A stretch of 64,000 bases of DNA from the human T2T-CHM13v2.0 reference genome, Homo sapiens, in assembly GCF_009914755.1 (NCBI RefSeq), contig NC_060947.1; one strand, written 5' to 3'. Below, piece after piece: positions 39,353 through 64,000 of the stretch. The position numbers and the translations under genes were made by a program. The first letter of the stretch is position 1; each line of letters opens with the position of its first letter. The notes under the pieces are model-generated. The model ran no database searches. It saw only the letters and a program-made list of their open reading frames with translations, and was not told the origin of the DNA.

Positions 39353-40193
39353 TTATAAGGAAAAAATCTTTTAAATAACAGAAATGCAAGAGGAAGACTT
39401 CCACTTTCAGCCATGATGGAATAGCTCAATTCAAACTGACTGTCCCACTCTAAACAACCCTAAAAGCTGGACAAAATATAACTGTGTGAAGGCATTGGAG
39501 TGGCTACAATCTTTGAAAGAAGGAAAACACACAAGGTGAACCCTGCATTCAACTCAGTTTTATCATATTATATATGATACAGGATTTATCAGACTGTTGT
39601 CATAGCATTTTACATGGACAAATTCTACCACTATGTATTTACACATATATTTTATAGTTTACAAAGCATTTTTCACAAAAACTCTAATTTTAACTCTATA
39701 ACACTCTAAGGTAGATATTACTATTTTCATCTTACAAAAGAGAAAACTAAGTAATCTTCCAATGTCACATAGCTAGTAAGCGGCAGACCTAACCTAGGTC
39801 TTGAGACTTCAAATCCTGTACCCTTTTCCTTATTTACTTAGTGCTTCAAATTTTTCATTTGAAAAACTCATTTAGAACTAAGTATTACCATTCCCTTAGA
39901 TGAAGAAACAGTTACTCTATCAAGTTAGAGATGAGAAAAGTAAAAAATAAATCATCAACCCAGAATTATAAGTTCAGTATTTGGTTCACTGAACCACCGT
40001 AATTACTACAGTATTCTGAGAACTTTAGCGTAGTAAATATACCATTATAAAAGGAACACTGAAAAGGAACACCATCAAAAAAGGATAGCACTAAAAGATT
40101 CAACCCCCTTCCAGTTTCACACTAACTTTACCATTTTCATAGAAGTAACAACCATCTCATTTCATCTCCACTTTCTCCTAAATTAAGACTTAC

Positions 40194-40273
40194 CATAATC
40201 AGTCGTTGAATACTTTGTTCTGAGGCAAATGAGGCTTCACACATACTCAGCAACTTGCAAGCAACATAATGTA
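40194..40273 (-). CDS. TEX11: TEX11 internal coding exon (80 nt)
   Basis: gttttgcag|TACATT...ATTATG|gtaagt; encodes (L)[26 protein letters not shown]; phase 1 to 0; also visible in ORF 40137..40499. Confidence 0.95.
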
Positions 40274-40353
40274 CTGCAAAACAGTAATTAGACAATGATA
40301 AACACAAAACATTCATTCTCCTTTTATATACACCAAAGAGAAAAGACAATTGA

Positions 40354-40697
<344 letters not shown>

Positions 40698-40786
40698 TGT
40701 AAAGGACTTTTTAAAAAATCAATTTTCAAAAGTAAATGACCTAAAACTTATTAAATGAATCATTTACTGAATGTTTCAGTAAGAGA

Positions 40787-42260
40787 TTTATTTATTTATT
40801 TATTTATTTTTGAGATGGAGTCTCACTCTGTCGCCCAGGATGGAGTGCAGTGACGCATGATCTTGGCTCACTACAGCCTCCACCTCCCAGGTTCCAGTGA
40901 TTCCCCTGCCTCAGCCTCCCGAGTAGCTGGGATTACAGGCATGCGCCACCACGCCCAGCTAATTTTTGTATTTTTAGTAGAGACGGGGACTCACCACGTT
41001 GACCAGGCTGGTCTTGAACTCCTGACCTCAGGTGATCCACCAGCCTCGGCCTCCCAAAGTGCTGGGATTACAGGTGTGAGCCACCACAACCGGCCCAGAG
41101 AGATATTTAATACTTAAATTTTAATTTCTTAAGGTCTTAAGTCCCAAAGACTCACTAAAAATACCTGATTCCACATGATGCTCTTGTGTATACCATGTTA
41201 ACAGAAAAATAATTGTAAATTCAATTGATCTAAAGCTGTTCAACACCTGACAAAATCTCTGGACATCAGAATAGTTTTCGATTTCTCTCCTAAAATGTGA
41301 AACTTTCTAAATATATATATTTTTTTTTCTGTAGAGAGGGGGTCTCGCTCTGTCACTCACCCAAGCTAGAATACAGTGGCATGATCATAGCTCACTGCAG
41401 CCTCAAATTCCTGGGCTCAAGCAATCCTCCCAACCTCAGCCTCCCAAAGTGCTGGGATTATAGGTGTGAGCCACCACACCTGGCCTAAACATATTCTTTT
41501 CTGTAGATGTCATAACAGTTCTTAAAGTATAATTTAGAAGATACAGACTACTTCATTATATAACTCATTTTCCCTGAAAATAGGGAAGTTTGAATAATTA
41601 TAACCTCTTTATTTCTCTAGTTTATTTCAGCATAAAACATATTCAAGTTTTAAAAAACAGCTTCACAAATAAATGAACTAGTCACCTTTATGTTAGATGT
41701 CAGCAGCCATTCTACCTATGCTAACACCACTTCTAATTAATAGTCCTTTGAAAAAGAGATTTGTCTAGCGGAAATTACAGGGTAATTGAAATGGTCAGAT
41801 TTTTATTGCCCATCATAAAGTGTAAAATTTATTCATCACTTAACAAAATTAATTCATTCTAAAAAACACTTTTGGTAAAATAATTACTAATCATATATTT
41901 ATACTGACTTGAATTTCCAGTTCTGAAAATTTTTGAAAATGTTTCTTTTTGGCTGGGCATGGTGGCTCACACCTGTAACCCCAACACTTTAAGAGGCTGA
42001 GGTGGGTAAATCACCTGAGCTCAGGAGTTCAAGACCAGCCTGACCAACATGGTGTAACCACATCTCTAGTAAAAATACAAAAAAAAAAAAAAAAAATAGC
42101 TGGGAGTGGTGGTGCATACCTGTAATCCCAGCTACTAGAGAGACTGAGGCAGGAAAGTCTCTTCAACCTGGGAGGCGGAAGTTGCAGTGAGTTGAGATCA
42201 TGCCATTGCATTCCAGCCTGGGCAATAAGAACACAACTCCAACTCAAAAAAAAAAAAAAA
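40787..42260. mobile_element. Alus: - 40787-41095, - 41320-41485 (partial), + 41951-42260
   Basis: Alu consensus. Confidence 0.88.
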
Positions 42261-42266
42261 GAAGAG

Positions 42267-48471
<6,205 letters not shown>

Positions 48472-48898
48472 GAAAATGTTTCCTTTCTTTATTCCAAAGT
48501 TCCAAAGTTTGCTAATCCTTCAGTATTTTCAAAGACTCTGATCTCTCAATTATTGCCCCTTTCTAAAAGTATCTTGAGTACCTCCCTCTCAACTTATTCC
48601 TTCTTCTCTACCTTCAAACGTACCCATCTCCTTACCTTGAAAAAAAAAATCAACTAACCCCACTATGCTTCAAGCTTGCATCCCATTTCTCCTCTTCCTT
48701 TGATTGACAAGCTTCTTGAATTGAAAAGTCTGTCTACTAGCTCTACTGTCTTGCTACCCACTCATCTCCTTAAATGTCCACAATCTGTTTTGCATCCTTA
48801 CCACTTTACTAAAACTGCACTCCCAAAGATCACCTTCCTTAACTTCATAGCAACATTTCAAAATGGCCATAACCTTTTTGAAAAATATTACTCCCTTG

Positions 48899-50577
<1,679 letters not shown>

Positions 50578-51048
50578 CTCTTTATTTTTTTCCTCAAAGA
50601 ACTCAACTACTCTTCTGTCTTCAACTACCACCTCTGTGTAAATCATTGCCAAATCTGTAGGCTCAGTCCTGACCTTTCTCATAAGCTCTAGTCTCACATC
50701 TCCAACCTTATTGTCATCTCAAATGCAACAGGTCTAAAACTAAAACTTACAAGTCATTCATCTACTTCTGACTTTCCTGTTCATTGTTCCATAATTCCTC
50801 CAAATAATAAAGAATTATAGCTTATAAATCTTCATGACTTATTTCATCACATCCAGGCACACTAAATTTGTTTTTAAGGAAACAAAATATATTCCAATAA
50901 ACATATTTTTGAAACAAAATTATTTTAATTTGGAGGCCTCCTGCGCTGATAATCTATTCTCCACTGTATCAAAAAAAGTATGATACACATAACAAGCACC
51001 CAAATATCTGATTAAGAACTGCTACATGAAATGAGACAGTACATGGGA

Positions 51049-51345
51049 CTCTCTTCTTTACTGTCTCTTGTCCCCTCTCTTATCCTTCCCTTTTCTTCTC
51101 TTATCTCTTGCTTTTCCCTCTTCTTCTCTCCCCTCTTGCCTTTCTCCTCTTCTTGCTTCCCCCTTTTTTCTCCACTTTCCCCACCCATTTAGTATTTTTC
51201 CTCTTACAGCACCCCCCCTTTTTTTTAACAGTCTCTTTTCTCTTCCCTAGCTCTCTCATCTCCCTGGCCCTAACCCCATCAACACTGTGTGGTTCTGCCC
51301 TCACCCCTTGCCGTCCCTTAAAAAAAAAAAAGAAAAAGAAAAAAA
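51049..51345 (+). other. Orphan retroposed insert (CT-rich body plus poly(A)) with a 21-bp TSD
   Basis: gaaatgagacagtacatggga at 51028-51048 and 51346-51366; A-tail at 51320-51345; no Alu/L1/SVA similarity recognised. Confidence 0.8.
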
Positions 51346-52552
51346 GAAATGAGACAGTACATGGGAAGAGGCTGTGACACCCACTTCATCTACCATATCC
51401 CTATCTGATAAGCAGTAAACAGCTAAAGCAATACTTCCTCATATGCAGAATGGTAGGAGTTAAGAATTAACGCACTTTAATATCACATGGTTCACCTGTG
51501 TACTAAGTTTCTTCCACTGATAAATTCCTAGCTCTTACCTCCCCATAACTACAGGATCTGAGGCTCCTGGGAGCAATGATATCAATTTATCTAAGAGTTA
51601 AAGAGCTAGAACTGTTCTCTAAACATGCTAATAGAGTGGACTCATGAGCAAGTATATTCTTGATTATATTAAGCACAATTACCCTATATCTACACGGAAG
51701 TTGTATACAGTTTTGTTCATATTCACAAAGATAAATAGTTAGTAGTAAATTATATTTGTTGCATACAGACAAAAGTCATTTGTCTTTACAATGTCAAGCA
51801 GTCCAGAGGTTCACCCTTTGGTATGTTACTTCAATGTATCCTTTATAATCGGCAATATACTTCCCATAAATGCATTTGCTGTCACTATGCCTGTTGAAAA
51901 TCACTAACTGTCAGCACACTAGACTTTGCCCATTTAGCTAAAGCACTAGAACATTGCCAGACAGTGGACCACATTCAAAGCATCCAAGAAGATGAGTTTA
52001 GTTTGAGATTTTTGGTTTTTTTGTTCTTGTTGTTTGCTCTCACAGGTAGAAATCATTTCTATAGTTTCTCAGTAACTCATTCCAATGTTTATCAATCCAT
52101 CTCCTGAGGAAACTATTCTTTACACTTTTTAAAATCTGAATATGTCATATGGCAACACTTATTCTATTATTAATAGAGGGGAAACTACTATTTGATGGTC
52201 CTTCAGAACCCTGAAGATTTTGATCATCTCCATGAGAAATAATCCATGTCCTTTAACATTTCTTTAAGTTCTCACTGTCCCACCTTTTAATCATCTTTGT
52301 TGTTCACCTCCTGACTATTTCTTGCAGTGATATCTTTAAACGTTTGTTAATAAGGAGCTAACCTCTGAAAAAAAAATCATAAAACTGAGGGAGGCCATTT
52401 GCTTGAGAAACCATTGTTCCTGGGTTGTTTTGTTTGTCTTTTAACAAATCTCTATCTAAGAATGGGTCAAAACATTATTTAAACTGCAGGAATACTACCC
52501 AATATATAGTAAGAACACGCCTCATAATACATGTCACAATATGTATACATAC

Positions 52553-52637
52553 ATCTAATTTTCTGCTCTTCATTTACAAGCCAACCTCCTCCTATGGTAA
52601 GTGCCCAGTTCCATAGGTTTACTGCCATTTCTTCAAT
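52553..52637 (-). CDS. TEX11: TEX11 internal coding exon (85 nt)
   Basis: ctttgaccag|ATTGAA...TTAGAT|gtatgt; encodes [28 protein letters not shown] plus 1 nt; phase 0 to 1. Confidence 0.95.
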
Positions 52638-53214
52638 CTGGTCAAAGAGAAACATTTCCTTAGTTAGTTAAAATACTGGCCACCTCCAACGGTATTTTCA
52701 TTCTTGAATGTTGTATGCTTATGTAACTATTGTGGGTCATTTCCAGGCCCTCCATAATCTAGTCGCATTCTACCTCTCCCCGCAAAAACTTACCCACTGT
52801 TAGAGTAATTATCTATTTCCTGAACACAACTTGTTCATTCCTATCAATGTGTCTTTATTCATACTATTGATATACCTTCACCTGATATACCTCCTCCCTT
52901 TGTTTTTATGTAACTCAAATCCATTTCAGTCTCACCAACAACATAAATGAAGCTTTCAGCAACCATTACAGTCTACGTTGTTCTTTCTTCTTTGAATTCA
53001 TATATTCATTAAGTTGTATACAATTTGGCAATTAATTATATTACTTTGTATCATTTATTCTTTGTTTTATTTCTTTTCTTTAACCCAATTTATGCACAGC
53101 AGTGGTACAAAATGTATGTTAGTTTTAAGTCTTTTCTTCCATGCCACTTTTCTCACTTACCATTTCACATTTTTCTGATGAGCTTCAGTTTAAACAGATG
53201 ATTTATTTAACATG

Positions 53215-53626
53215 TGATATAGTTTGGATATTTTTCCCCTGAGAATCTCATATCAAAATTTGATCCCCAATGTTGGATGTGGGGCTGATGGGAGGTACTT
53301 GGGTCACGGGGATGGATCCCTCATTGTCTTGGTGCTGTCCTCACAGTAATGAGTGAGTTCTCAGTCTATTAGTTACTGCAAGATCTGATTCTTAAAAAAG
53401 AGCCTGGTACCTCCTCCTTTCTCTTTCCTCCTCTCTCATCATGTGATGCCTGCTCCCTTTCCCCTTCCAACATGATTGGAAACTTCCAGAGGCCCTCACT
53501 GGAAGCAGATGCCAGTGCCATGCTTCTTATATGATCTGCAGAACCATGAGCCAAATAAACTTCTTTTCCTTATCAATTACCCAGCCTCAGGTATTTCCTT
53601 TATAGCAATGCAAACAGCCTAATGCA
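53215..53626 (+). mobile_element. MaLR solo LTR (MSTB-like)
   Basis: tgatatagtttggatat...acagcctaatgca; TSD (a/g)catg. Confidence 0.82.
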
Positions 53627-53720
53627 GCATGGTTGTCATTTCACTTATTATTCTGGGGCTAATTATCATGTCCATCTCCATCACATAGTATCCTCAATGC
53701 CACAGTTGATCAAATGATGA

Positions 53721-58650
<4,930 letters not shown>

Positions 58651-59266
58651 ATATATACATAAACACATATATACATATATAGATACTTATATATATAAAG
58701 AGGAAGAGAGATTTACAGTAAACTTTCCTCTCACCTTTCCATACAAGTAGTCACCAAAATGGAAGTATTTGCCCAAGGTAAATATTCTCAAAAGTGTTTC
58801 AAGCCTCAAGACAGCTTCCATATTAAGTAAGTAACAGACCTTCATTTAAACATTAGAAAATTACCCCCAAAAAAAGCACTTCTGAAGGCTTATAGTCAAC
58901 TGAGTTCTCCACTACTGGGTGGCTCCACTACTTTGTTGCAAAGGGAAGGAAAAGAGAACTAGTATGTGCCCAGGACCTTATATATGTTATTTTGTTTACT
59001 ATTCATAACAACACTTGGAGGTGGGTATTACTATTATCATTTAACAGGTGAGAAAACTGAAGCCTGGGGAGGTTAATAAATATTAATAATAAATAACATT
59101 GCTAATAAATAAATAAATAATAAATATTAAACGAGCACATATGTTCCCATTGGTTTCTAAAATTTTTCCCCCTAAATTAGGTGTGAACATCCAAAAATAG
59201 ATTTTTATATGTTTAGCAATGGTTAAGCATGAAGACTACTTTTTTACCTATATAATACATTGGTTA

Positions 59267-59473
<207 letters not shown>

Positions 59474-59743
59474 CTATTACCATTGGCTAAATGTAGCAAA
59501 TCATTTTTAAATCTATGTCTAAATCATTGGCCAAATGAATACAGCATGAAGGAACTTGATCCTTAGAGTAAAACCAAACTGGAGATTTAAAGTTTCTTTA
59601 AGCTAGAGTATAATTTTCAAATAAAATTTGCATTCTTTGGGAGTCACTTGTTTATAACTTAATCATTACTCATTCTCAGAAAGTAAAATGCATTGACTTC
59701 ACAAATAGTAATGTTATTAGGTAATATTAAAAGTACAAAACAG

Positions 59744-62967
<3,224 letters not shown>

Positions 62968-64000
62968 TCAAGCAAGATTGTACGTTTTGAAAAAAATTAT
63001 TAAATTATCTTCCTGGCTACAAAAAGAAACTATGATTTACAACAGATTTTAGTCCATTTAATTTAAATGAGATGCATTCTAGTTAAAACTGGGGGTTCAC
63101 TCGATTGAGGCAGCCACGTTAATCTGTATCAATTAATTCTGATTAAGTAGATAACATTCTAGGTACCGTATAATAGAAAATAAACATTTTCCCTGTCCTT
63201 GAGGAAGGGAGCTTCTGTTACAACATGCAAAAATCTATCAACTGTCCTGCCAAGTCTTTCCCTGTGACCTCCATCAGCTCAACCAGTCATTCAAAAGCCA
63301 AAGCAGCTCAAAGACCTGCCAAAATCAATTCAAGATTTTACTCCAAGTCACAATAATTATATGCAACTTCTTTAGTGAGAAAAGAACCAGAAATGACAAT
63401 AAAATTAACATTTGCATATTGCTTTCCAGTCTCGAAGCTTTTTCATATGCATTCTCATTTAATCTTCAATCTATTCTGTAAGGAAGATATTTTTATTTCA
63501 TAAGATGTGGAAACTAAGTTTTAACAAAATGAAGTGACTTTTTAAAAATCAGGCCTTTTTGCTGGATAAAGTGACTTCTTGATGGTGATAAAATAGAAAG
63601 TAGTAAGCTAGGACTTGAATTCAGGCTTTCTGATTTGAAATCCTGTACTTTCCACTATACTGGTTCTATCAGGAAGGATCTGGAACAAGTGATAAGCTAG
63701 GACACTCAGACAACTGAAAAACAGCAGAAAGGAAAGAAATGAGCCAAAAGCATTCAGAGCACTACACTATAGCTCTGATTGTGGGCTAAAGAAAACTATT
63801 CAAACTGCAGAGGTTGGTTTGAATGAGGACAGCCAAAATATCCAAAACAGTGTCAAAAGGGTCTGGCAAAATCAGGCAAACAGGTTTAGTCATAGACTAA
63901 AATTACATTGTAAATCGTAATTTCTATCCACGGTCACAAAGATAATAATTTTTCCTATATAATGTTCCAGGAAGTCCCAAATGACAAATTGGATATGGTA

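Overview
Primate genomic DNA, almost certainly human: it carries a near-consensus AluYa5 and exon translations matching human TEX11 as I recall it. The whole window lies inside the X-linked meiotic gene TEX11 (ZIP4/SPO22 orthologue), transcribed on the minus strand. Six internal coding exons with canonical AG/GT boundaries splice into one open frame (EVVENLVT...LMRLPQM): 59318-59439, 52553-52637, 40194-40273, 32582-32662, 32368-32487, 12845-12925. The rest is repeat-dense intron: a full-length L1PA3/4-type element, a near-full-length L1PA8-type element, older L1M pieces, about 50 Alus, MaLR LTRs and MER2/MER5/Charlie DNA-transposon relics. There is also a processed WASHC3 (CCDC53) pseudogene with nested insertions and a full-length U3 snoRNA retrocopy. 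Most notable: (1) the antisense ORF0 of the intronic L1 stays open to a phase-0 splice donor that would fuse it in frame to the next TEX11 exon; (2) an orphan CT-rich polyadenylated insert has a perfect 21-bp TSD; (3) a very young AluYa5 sits 124 nt from an exon acceptor; (4) an old L1 contains a perfect 100-bp tandem duplication. Repeat subfamily calls and gene identities come from recall, not from a database search.
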